This document shows positions 39,189 to 46,670 of a stretch of DNA of 54,613 nucleotides, one piece after another. The first letter of the stretch is position 1; every line of letters starts with the position of its first letter. The position numbers and the translations under genes are program-made. Location of the stretch: positions 1-54,613 of the IMG/VR virus record IMGVR_UViG_3300045973_000110; one strand, 5' to 3'. Below the pieces are notes generated by a model. It did no database searches. It had not been told where the DNA came from and saw nothing but the letters and a program-made list of their open reading frames with translations. This stretch comes from a virus (lineage: Duplodnaviria; Caudoviricetes).

Positions 39189-40418
39189 ATGCAATTATCT
39201 TATTATCCAATGAAAATGGTACAGATTACTGGCTCCGAAACTGCTACATCGCATAAGGGGACTTTTAATGTTGATATGGCATATAAGGATGACCCATGGG
39301 CATATGCGCCAGCGGATGTGATTGTATCTGCCGTCGACGCAAATCTATACGTCCCAGGGGTTAGTGTTAACGCGGTTTATTTTGAAACATTAACTCAGGT
39401 TGGAACACCAAAATTTTCTGATATTGTCACGTATAGAATGGTGCATGGGAATGATTCTGATTTAAAGGCACTGGGTATTGTTAAGGGAAAGATTTTTAAG
39501 CAAGGTGAACGTATTTATAAACAGGGTGTCAAAGGAACAACCTCTGCTCACATTCATTTCTCAGTTGGTCGTGGAAAGTTCTTAGCACCAGGGGTTATTG
39601 ATTCGGAGAAAACTGGAAATTTTTCAATTCTTACTACTGGCGGAAGAGTGCATTGTTATGATGCAATGTATGTACGCACTGGCACACCTATTTATAAGTT
39701 TAATGTACCAAATAGCTTCCCACAAGACGGATATCCGTGGAAATACGAACCAGTTACCACATATGCACCTATGGCTGCCGTTGCAAATATGGCTGTGGAT
39801 ATAGGTAGTGAAATTATCAGAGTTCGCAGTATGCCTGGGTTAAAAGCTGTTCAGATTGCTACATTACCCATAAACACAAGAACAAAGGTATTAGAATACT
39901 CAACGGCTCAATGTGATGGGTATGATTGGATTAAAGTACAACTTGGAGCAATATTTGGATATAGCGCAGTCTTGCCATTATACATGAAAATCGTAGATAC
40001 TACGCTGCCTATTCTTAGTGTTGTTATAGATAAGATTAGTCAGTTAGATGTAACGATAACATGGAAGTCAAGCATTCCCGCAACTGGGTTTGAGTATTCG
40101 TTAGACAATGTTCATTGGGCTATCCCAACATCTATCGACGCCGATACCGTTATAATCAAAGGGTTGACACAAAACACAGCGTATACGCTATATTTTAAGG
40201 CTAAATCAGCCACGGGTGTATATGGTTATATCAATGCAAAAGTGACAACCTTACCAGCTGATGAAAATGCTGAACTGAAAAAAGAATTGGCTATTGCGAA
40301 TGCAAAAATTACAGCTATGCAAGTGACGATTGACGAACTTAACAAAGCGAATGCTTCGTTAAAGGCTCAACTCGCTACATTTGTAGTTGCAACTCAAACC
40401 TTATATGAAAAGGTTTAA
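39189..40418 (+). CDS. Endolysin: M23 peptidase + SH3b + FN3 + coiled coil
   Basis: Zn motifs HxxxxxD (HKGTFNVD) and HxH (HIHF). SH3b (IRVRSMPG...DGYDWIKV) and FN3 (GLTQNTAYTL). Followed by holins. Confidence 0.75.
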   Translation: MQLSYYPMKMVQITGSETATSHKGTFNVDMAYKDDPWAYAPADVIVSAVDANLYVPGVSVNAVYFETLTQVGTPKFSDIVTYRMVHGNDSDLKALGIVKGKIFKQGERIYKQGVKGTTSAHIHFSVGRGKFLAPGVIDSEKTGNFSILTTGGRVHCYDAMYVRTGTPIYKFNVPNSFPQDGYPWKYEPVTTYAPMAAVANMAVDIGSEIIRVRSMPGLKAVQIATLPINTRTKVLEYSTAQCDGYDWIKVQLGAIFGYSAVLPLYMKIVDTTLPILSVVIDKISQLDVTITWKSSIPATGFEYSLDNVHWAIPTSIDADTVIIKGLTQNTAYTLYFKAKSATGVYGYINAKVTTLPADENAELKKELAIANAKITAMQVTIDELNKANASLKAQLATFVVATQTLYEKV

Positions 40419-40430
40419 AGGAGAAAAGGA

Positions 40431-40916
40431 ATGTTAGATGAATTAATCGCTTTATTGTTGCCGAATCTTAAGTTGGTATCTTATGGTATAATTATTTTGA
40501 TTGCAGCAGTAGCAGCCAGAGTTCTAAGTGGAACATTAAAAAATGTATACGCTTTGAATTATAAATTTGACATGGGATGGTTTTTGAATGGTGTTGTAAA
40601 AGGTATTGTATTTATTATCGCAGTTACCTTTGCATCGGTTGTAACAGCGTGGTTCCCAAGCTTTCTACAATTAGCTGGAATTACAAGCGCACAAATGTCG
40701 CAGGCTGTTTCTGTTATCGCTATCACTGTTGTAATCGCAATCGCAGTATCAAAATACTTTGTTGAAACAGTAAAAAATTTTATGGTATATCTCGGAGTGA
40801 CTCAAGAAGAGGTTGATGGTTATGCCGAGATTCCCGAAGTATTAACGCCAGAAGAAACGCCAGAAAAAATTATTGAAACCGAAGAGACGAAGTCGCAAGA
40901 CCCGTCTGCTATGTAA
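40431..40916 (+). CDS. Holin (3 TM)
   Basis: Three hydrophobic helices and an acidic tail, next to the endolysin. Confidence 0.7.
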   Translation: MLDELIALLLPNLKLVSYGIIILIAAVAARVLSGTLKNVYALNYKFDMGWFLNGVVKGIVFIIAVTFASVVTAWFPSFLQLAGITSAQMSQAVSVIAITVVIAIAVSKYFVETVKNFMVYLGVTQEEVDGYAEIPEVLTPEETPEKIIETEETKSQDPSAM

Positions 40917-40937
40917 CGGAAAAGAAAGAGGTAAAAT

Positions 40938-41291
40938 ATGAATGAATTTTTAACCACCCTACAACCAGCGTTGCTTGACTTGGTTGTCCTTATTTTAGTT
41001 GGCTTAATTGGTGTTGCTGGTTCAGCAGTGTATCATTGGCGTAAACTCCTAATCGTTAGATTTGGAGCTGAGACTTTTGATGCCGCACGTGAATTTGCTA
41101 TTGGTCTTTATACGATGTTAGAAGACCAGTTTGCCGACGTGTTACATGCTGGCGCTTTGAAAAAAGCTGAGATGGATAAATTACTATTAGAAAAATTTCC
41201 TAGCCTAACCCAAGCTGACTTAGATTCTATCAATAAAGCCGTTTGGGCTGCGATGCAGGAATTAGAACCGATTTTAGACCCCGCTGAATAA
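40938..41291 (+). CDS. Holin-like protein (LL-H-like)
   Basis: One N-terminal TM, GALKKAE motif, C-terminal I..AV..M. Confidence 0.6.
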   Translation: MNEFLTTLQPALLDLVVLILVGLIGVAGSAVYHWRKLLIVRFGAETFDAAREFAIGLYTMLEDQFADVLHAGALKKAEMDKLLLEKFPSLTQADLDSINKAVWAAMQELEPILDPAE

Positions 41292-41318
41292 AAAAAACAA
41301 ATAGGAGGTAGTTAATTT

Positions 41319-41564
41319 ATGATTAATAATATGTTTATTGGTTCAAATGCAATCCACACGAGTGTTGCCAAAGCAGAAATTGTGCCGTCTGGTACAACTA
41401 TTTCTGATTTTCAATTACTAAATGACCAAGCCTGTACTGTTAGAATTAATAATGGTCCAGTAATCTATCTAAGAGCGCTACAAGGTCTTAGTTTAGGGTT
41501 TGTTTCTAGTCTTAAAATCCAAGAAGGTGGAATAACGTATAACTGGATTGGCTCAAGGGGGTAA
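41319..41564 (+). CDS. Small hypothetical beta protein
   Basis: AGGAGGT RBS, 81 aa. Confidence 0.6.
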   Translation: MINNMFIGSNAIHTSVAKAEIVPSGTTISDFQLLNDQACTVRINNGPVIYLRALQGLSLGFVSSLKIQEGGITYNWIGSRG

Positions 41565-41567
41565 AAT

Positions 41568-42803
41568 ATGCCTTTTTTGCAATTAAACCCCTATACTACT
41601 ACACCATCTGTCGAAGATGATGTAGTGATTGTTGGGCAAACGGTTGTTACTGGTGTAGCGACCGAAGAGATAAGCCAATATGACACTGTTGTACGCAGTT
41701 TTACGGCAGGGCTTGAAAACGGATTAGATTCTATAACGATTAGTTCTCCGACGGGTGTTGGGCGCGGGGTTGCTTTTAGTCGAGATGGAGTTTATTTTGC
41801 GATTGCCCACTATAACGGAATTGATATTTTTAAACGGAATGGTGATATATTTACAAAACTTGCCAATGTTGACGTTGCTCCGTCGGGATTTGCTCTTGGC
41901 TGTTCTTTTAGCTCCGACGGCACTTATTTAGTTGTCGCTAGCAACTCATTTCCTTACACTAGAATGTATAAACGTACAGGTGACACGTTCGTATCAATGA
42001 CCTTTCCGAGCGTCAGTGCAACAGCTAACGCTGTTTCGTTCTGCGTAGACGATATTCATGTTGCCTTTGCTATCTATGAATCCCCCTATATTGTTATTAT
42101 GAAACGTAGTGGAGATATTTTTACGGCTTTAACTACCCCTTCGGTAACTCCTACAGGGGGTGGACGTGGTATTACATGGAGTGCAGATGGTGTATACCTA
42201 GTTGTAGCACATTCAACCTCTCCGTGTATTACTATTTATAAACGTGATGGCGATGTATTCACAAAGTTAACAAACCCTTCGACACTACCAAGTGATTTTG
42301 CATTTGCTGTCTCTTTTAGCCCAAATGGAGAATATTTGGCGGCGGCATATTATAACACCCCCTATGTTATGTTATATAAGCGGGACGGAGATATATTTAC
42401 AAAAATAACTGACGTTGACCATGCACCTAATGGATTCGCAAGAGGTATTGCATTTAGTAGCGACAGTAATTATTTAGTTGTTGTTGGGGAAATCACCCCA
42501 TTTATTACAATTTATCAGAGAAATGGTAATACTTTTACCAAACGCACAGCTCCGACTTTGGGCGAGGCGGGATATGGGATTTGTTTTGGTGATGCGTCAA
42601 ATTATATGGCTTTGGCAATTAATGGTGCTACGAATTTAGCCGTATATAAGGCATCCCCAGATATCAAGGTATCAAAGGCTTTGAATAGCGCGGAAAACAT
42701 TGTTGGATTTACCGACATTGGATATGCGAATGAGTCTGTTAGCGCAAATGATACTGTTGGTATCACTTCTATCATTAGAGACACGAGTAATTACCCATTA
42801 TAA
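41568..42803 (+). CDS. WD40-like beta-propeller protein
   Basis: About seven repeats of FSxDGxYL...PY..YKRxGDxFTKL. Confidence 0.8.
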   Translation: MPFLQLNPYTTTPSVEDDVVIVGQTVVTGVATEEISQYDTVVRSFTAGLENGLDSITISSPTGVGRGVAFSRDGVYFAIAHYNGIDIFKRNGDIFTKLANVDVAPSGFALGCSFSSDGTYLVVASNSFPYTRMYKRTGDTFVSMTFPSVSATANAVSFCVDDIHVAFAIYESPYIVIMKRSGDIFTALTTPSVTPTGGGRGITWSADGVYLVVAHSTSPCITIYKRDGDVFTKLTNPSTLPSDFAFAVSFSPNGEYLAAAYYNTPYVMLYKRDGDIFTKITDVDHAPNGFARGIAFSSDSNYLVVVGEITPFITIYQRNGNTFTKRTAPTLGEAGYGICFGDASNYMALAINGATNLAVYKASPDIKVSKALNSAENIVGFTDIGYANESVSANDTVGITSIIRDTSNYPL

Positions 42804-42848
42804 GTGGAATAAAAGAACTAATTTATTCCAAAAAGGAGGTGCGGATAA

Positions 42849-44003
42849 TTGTATTTAACAAGATTTGTTAATGTAAATAATGCGGATGTAAAAGATTTAA
42901 ATAAATTATCCGCAGATGTCTGGAATCATTGTGTTTTGTTAGACGCTGAATATTATATAAATCACAAAAGATATTTAACACAAAATGAATTGCAAAATTT
43001 ATTAAAAGGGTTTGTCAAATTGCACTCTAAAAATATTCAACATATTATTTTAAAGTATAACCAAGCACGTACCGATATGTTTAATTCGATTAAGTTAAGA
43101 CATAAAAATAGTCGCACGGTTAAACTTCCGTATAAACATAAAAATTTTATGCCGACTGGGTGGGATTATCAAGCCTTTAGTGTCGACTATGAAAGTCAAA
43201 TTATTCGTCTTGGTTCTATAAAAGGGAAAGCTCCTATATTTATTAAGGGGTATAATTTACCACAAAATATAGTTGAGATTGAGTTAGTTTATGATGGCGA
43301 ATATCGATTGTCATTGAAATATAAAATTGACAATAATGTTCGTGTTATACAATCTAATAACTCGTCCGCAATTGACCTTGGAGAAATTCACGCGATAGCA
43401 TCTATCGACAATAATCGTAATGCAATTATTATTACTGGGCGTAAGCTAAGAAGTATTTCTAGGTTACGTAACAAAGAGCAGGGGCGCATTCGTCAGAGAA
43501 TGAGTAAAACAGTTAAAGGAAGTAAACAGAATAAGAAATACCGCAACGCGATAAGTTCTATGAAATTTAAAAACGAACGGCAAACCAAGGATTGTGTTCA
43601 CAAAATAACAAAACATTATGTTAATTATTGCGTAGAGCACAATGTTGCAATTGTATATTATGGAGACTTAGATTCTTCGACAAGAAACACTAAAAAGGGC
43701 GGGAAAATTAATCGCGCTAATCGTCAAAAATTGTCTCAGTGGAATTATGGTCAAGTTGTAAGTCAATTGCAAAACAAATTGTTAAGATTTGGAGTGAAAA
43801 TGGTTAAGGTTAAGGAATATAACACAACTAAGAAGTGTCCAGTGTGTGAAACTTTAAATAAAACCAAGGGGCGAGAATATAAGTGTAAATGTGGTTATAA
43901 AAATCACAGAGACTTAAATGGCGCCATTAATATTCTAAATGATAACAATTGTTATGGTTATAAGATTAATTCTTGTAATACATTCAAGTATCTGCGAGCG
44001 TAA
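42849..44003 (+). CDS. tnpB: TnpB RNA-guided endonuclease (IS200/IS605 family, solo IS1341-like)
   Basis: AGGAGGT RBS and TTG start. RuvC-I AIDLGE, RuvC-II YYGDL, Zn finger CPVC..CKCG, RuvC-III RDLNGAINI. No tnpA nearby. Confidence 0.92.
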   Translation: MYLTRFVNVNNADVKDLNKLSADVWNHCVLLDAEYYINHKRYLTQNELQNLLKGFVKLHSKNIQHIILKYNQARTDMFNSIKLRHKNSRTVKLPYKHKNFMPTGWDYQAFSVDYESQIIRLGSIKGKAPIFIKGYNLPQNIVEIELVYDGEYRLSLKYKIDNNVRVIQSNNSSAIDLGEIHAIASIDNNRNAIIITGRKLRSISRLRNKEQGRIRQRMSKTVKGSKQNKKYRNAISSMKFKNERQTKDCVHKITKHYVNYCVEHNVAIVYYGDLDSSTRNTKKGGKINRANRQKLSQWNYGQVVSQLQNKLLRFGVKMVKVKEYNTTKKCPVCETLNKTKGREYKCKCGYKNHRDLNGAINILNDNNCYGYKINSCNTFKYLRA

Positions 44004-44130
44004 CCGCAAGGCAGTAGATGTCGATGTCGCCGACCTAGCTAATGACTGGTAGTCTATGGATATTGCATAGAAAAACGAAAGTTGCGACACAAGAACTATT
44101 TTAATGGCACTTGACAGATTAAATGTTTTG
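43988..44130 (+). ncRNA. Putative TnpB omegaRNA (reRNA) scaffold plus guide
   Basis: Overlaps the tnpB 3' end. Stem TGTCGC(C)GAC/GTTGCGACA encloses GACT/AGTC and CTATG/CATAG hairpins. Boundaries uncertain. Confidence 0.55.
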
Positions 44131-44139
44131 TGTTATACT
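44111..44139 (+). promoter_or_regulatory. Sigma-A/70 promoter
   Basis: TTGACA-17 nt-TATACT with extended -10 TG. Confidence 0.8.
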
Positions 44140-44162
44140 ATATGTATAAGGAGGATTGGTTT

Positions 44163-44399
44163 ATGACTATTGATGAAATGAAAACAAAAATTGTATTACT
44201 AGAAAAAGAAATTGAACTCGCCAAGTTGCAATTGCAATTAGCTGAGATTCAAAAAATTATCTATGTACCGCAATACCCCATTTATCCTATATGTCCAACT
44301 ATTGACCCATACCCATGGTATCATTATAATCACGTGACATGCCATACTGGAACTATGGGTATCATGTCGAATAATTGTACAACTCTTACCGCTAGATAA
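44163..44399 (+). CDS. Small protein (coiled coil plus Pro/Tyr-rich tail)
   Basis: AAGGAGG RBS before ATG 44163. Confidence 0.65.
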   Translation: MTIDEMKTKIVLLEKEIELAKLQLQLAEIQKIIYVPQYPIYPICPTIDPYPWYHYNHVTCHTGTMGIMSNNCTTLTAR

Positions 44400-44711
44400 A
44401 TGCAATACGACAAAGAGAACATGCATACGGCAATTAAATTGCTACAAGGTGAAACTTGTTTGGTTCAGGGATTCGGCAATTCAATGACACCGATTCTAAA
44501 ATCGGCTCAAGTTTGCGAGGTTAAACCTATTGACGACCATTCAAAATTATCCAAAGGTAATATTGTACTATGTAAGGTTAATGGTCATGTATACCTGCAT
44601 ATGATTTCTGCTATCCGTGGTAATCAATTCCAGATTAGCAATAATCACAAACATGTAAACGGATGGATTACAGCACCTAATATATTTGGCGTTGTAACAA
44701 AGATTTTATAA
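44400..44711 (+). CDS. S24/S26 (LexA/signal peptidase-fold) standalone domain
   Basis: GNSMTP serine motif, KGNIVLCKV..YLH, NNH..NGW. Confidence 0.6.
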   Translation: MQYDKENMHTAIKLLQGETCLVQGFGNSMTPILKSAQVCEVKPIDDHSKLSKGNIVLCKVNGHVYLHMISAIRGNQFQISNNHKHVNGWITAPNIFGVVTKIL

Positions 44712-44882
44712 ACCGAGCCCTATTAATACGGTGACAGAGCACGACTGGGCGAGCCTCTCGTGGCTAAAGACAACCTATCCGATTAACGACTCAAAACGGT
44801 AAACAATCCGCGCGTATTAATCGTGAAGTTGGGTAATGAGAAATGGCGTGCATCCCCCTTTGGGGAAAATAGAATAAATATG

Positions 44883-45059
44883 GTCGGGGCACAGTGCGGT
44901 CGACGTCGGTATGTAACAAAAAGAGTGTGCCATGGTTACTCACTCTAACAAAAAGCATATCTCTTACCTCTTGTATTTGTGACGAGTGGCTATCTGATTT
45001 TACTGATAACCCAATAATTAACCTGTGTGTTAATTACATGTGAGTGGAATGCTCACAAA
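44883..45059 (+). ncRNA. Structured RNA motif, copy 1
   Basis: Aligns with 46307-46476 and shows compensatory changes in several stems. Confidence 0.75.
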
Positions 45060-45064
45060 ATCAT

Positions 45065-45139
45065 CGCGGGTAGGAATGCTGGGCATTCACGGGTCTCATA
45101 AGCCTGTTCAGGGGAGTTCAATTCTTCCACCCGCCTCCA
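45065..45139 (+). tRNA. tRNA-Met (CAU), initiator-like 1:72 mismatch
   Basis: Cloverleaf CGCGGGT/ACCCGCC, anticodon loop CTCATAA, T-loop TTCAATT, encoded CCA. Position 8 is A, which is atypical. Confidence 0.8.
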
Positions 45140-45423
45140 TTTTAAGTACCATTGGAGCGCGCAAAGCCAATGTTACGATAGCCTTCAAGGCAGGGTTTAC
45201 GGCAAATTCGAAATGCATAGCTATTCGCGTTTGCCTAAATTCGTAATTAACATTCGAGGATAGATAAGGCAGCTATCGCGCCATATTGCCGATGTCGGCA
45301 TTATGGTCTTGAAAGAGATGTGGGGATATAGCCAACCCACCGAATATTAATATTGGTGTACCCTACCATAAGTGGGAACGAAACAAAGCGGTTGTCGGTC
45401 ATCCATAAAAACCGTCAAATCAT

Positions 45424-45498
45424 CGCGGGATAGTTCAGTGGTAGAATATTGGTCTCATAAACCAAGTGTCGTTGGTCCAATTCCAACTCCCGCCTCCA
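45424..45498 (+). tRNA. tRNA-Met (CAU), initiator-like 1:72 mismatch
   Basis: CGCGGGA/TCCCGCC acceptor stem, D-arm GTTC-agtggta-GAAT, TTGGT-CTCATAA-ACCAA anticodon arm, T-loop TCCAATT, encoded CCA. Confidence 0.88.
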
Positions 45499-45547
45499 TT
45501 AATCTTTACGCAGAGGTGCGTTATAGATAGAAAGATAGGTAGTAGAT

Positions 45548-45835
45548 ATGATTTTAAAAGCTCGTGGATTAGGTGGATGGATTTATATTGACAATATTAC
45601 ATTTTTTGAAAAGGTATTAGATGGGAGTAATAGCGATGGCGGGCATACAACTGGCGAAGTTTCGTATATGCGAAATGATAATGGCGTAATGACCACTATC
45701 CCACTTACAACTAATGACGCCTATTTATTAAACGACGATGGTAAAACTATCGAATCGTTATGTGGTTTATTGCCAAGCCCAAGTACAAGTCCAAGACAAG
45801 AAATTAAGCCAAGAGGAAATATGTTCCCAGTTTAA
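45548..45835 (+). CDS. Hypothetical protein
   Basis: 95 aa. Contains AYLLNDDGKTIE, a motif common in small phage proteins. Confidence 0.65.
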   Translation: MILKARGLGGWIYIDNITFFEKVLDGSNSDGGHTTGEVSYMRNDNGVMTTIPLTTNDAYLLNDDGKTIESLCGLLPSPSTSPRQEIKPRGNMFPV

Positions 45836-45865
45836 GATAAAATTTTAAACATCAAGGGGTGTAAG

Positions 45866-46104
45866 ATGAAAAATTATTTAAAAGAGGGCTCCCATATTCC
45901 GACTACGTTTACGTAAAGTAAACGAGTGGAGGAATTCTTATCAAAACAGAATCTAAAATTGTAGTTAAGCGCGAGACTAAAAACCAAATTATTACTGAAA
46001 CGGTTACTATCCTACGGATTTGGAATTTATTAGGTTTGGTCGAGGTCTATGAAAACTCACATTTTTATGAGTTCAAAGAAATTATTGGTATTGTAAAAGA
46101 ATAG
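45866..46104 (+). pseudogene. Possible disrupted small gene
   Basis: AAGGGGTG RBS and ATG 45866 with a stop after 16 codons. A shifted frame stays open (TSGGILIK...EIIGIVKE*) to 46104. Confidence 0.3.
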
Positions 46105-46306
46105 ACAAATATTAGTTGTTTTGACTAATTACAACTAAAACAAATTAGTGATTACATGCTCCGTAAACCAGTAATCGGAATAAATATAACTGGCGAGAAT
46201 ATTAGGCTCGTAACTGCGCGGGCGAGTGGAATACAGACTGCCACTATAAACAACAGGTGTCGCCCCGACAGATGGCAAGTTCGCAATAGTCTGTCAATTA
46301 ATTTAC

Positions 46307-46476
46307 GGCGGGGTACAGTGCGTCGCCCTGAATGTGACAAAATGGATGTGCCGCGGAAACTCATCCCATACAAAACACATTAATTTTCTGTATTTGTGAC
46401 GAGAGGCTATTGAATTTTTCTGGTAGCCCAACGATTAGCCTGCGTGCTATTCGCGCGTGAGTGGAAAGCTCATAAA
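46307..46476 (+). ncRNA. Structured RNA motif, copy 2
   Basis: Homologous to 44883-45059 with covarying stems. Confidence 0.75.
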
Positions 46477-46609
46477 CTGGTCCACCGCACCTAGGAGGGC
46501 GACCCGATGATTGCTTATACTTGGGGTTGCTAAGTGCTGACAGTTGGCAAAGACCACGATGTCACCTACTTGACAGTAAATTGAGTTGTAGGCACAATCG
46601 ACCTCTTTC

Positions 46610-46653
46610 TCCATTTCTTGGTCCCATCAAATGAAATGGAAATTTTATTATTT
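46610..46653 (+). terminator. Possible terminator closing the second RNA locus
   Basis: TCCATTTC...GAAATGGA followed by a T-rich tract. Confidence 0.45.
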
Positions 46654-46670
46654 AAAAAGGAGGATTACTC

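Noticed and set aside
44004-44130. CRISPR array next to TnpB (Cas12f-like system)
   Set aside because: No regularly spaced repeats were seen here or elsewhere in the window.
44977-45059. Hammerhead or theta (HDV-like) ribozyme next to the tRNA
   Set aside because: GTGACGAG lacks the CUGA core and a correctly placed GAAA. The element lies 5' of the tRNA, not 3' as theta ribozymes do.
45040-45246. 68-aa ORF (also ORFs 46156-46383 and 46152-46373)
   Set aside because: They overlap the tRNA or conserved RNA structure, lack RBSs, and the frame is not shared between the two copies.
46229-46295. Group I intron P7-like pairing (CAGACT/AGTCTG)
   Set aside because: No recognisable P/Q/R/S core or interrupted gene. 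The segment folds equally well as a local hairpin.
44883-46476. Duplicated element as a DGR template/variable repeat pair
   Set aside because: Differences are not adenine-specific but compensatory, neither copy is in a credible CDS, and there is no reverse transcriptase in the window.
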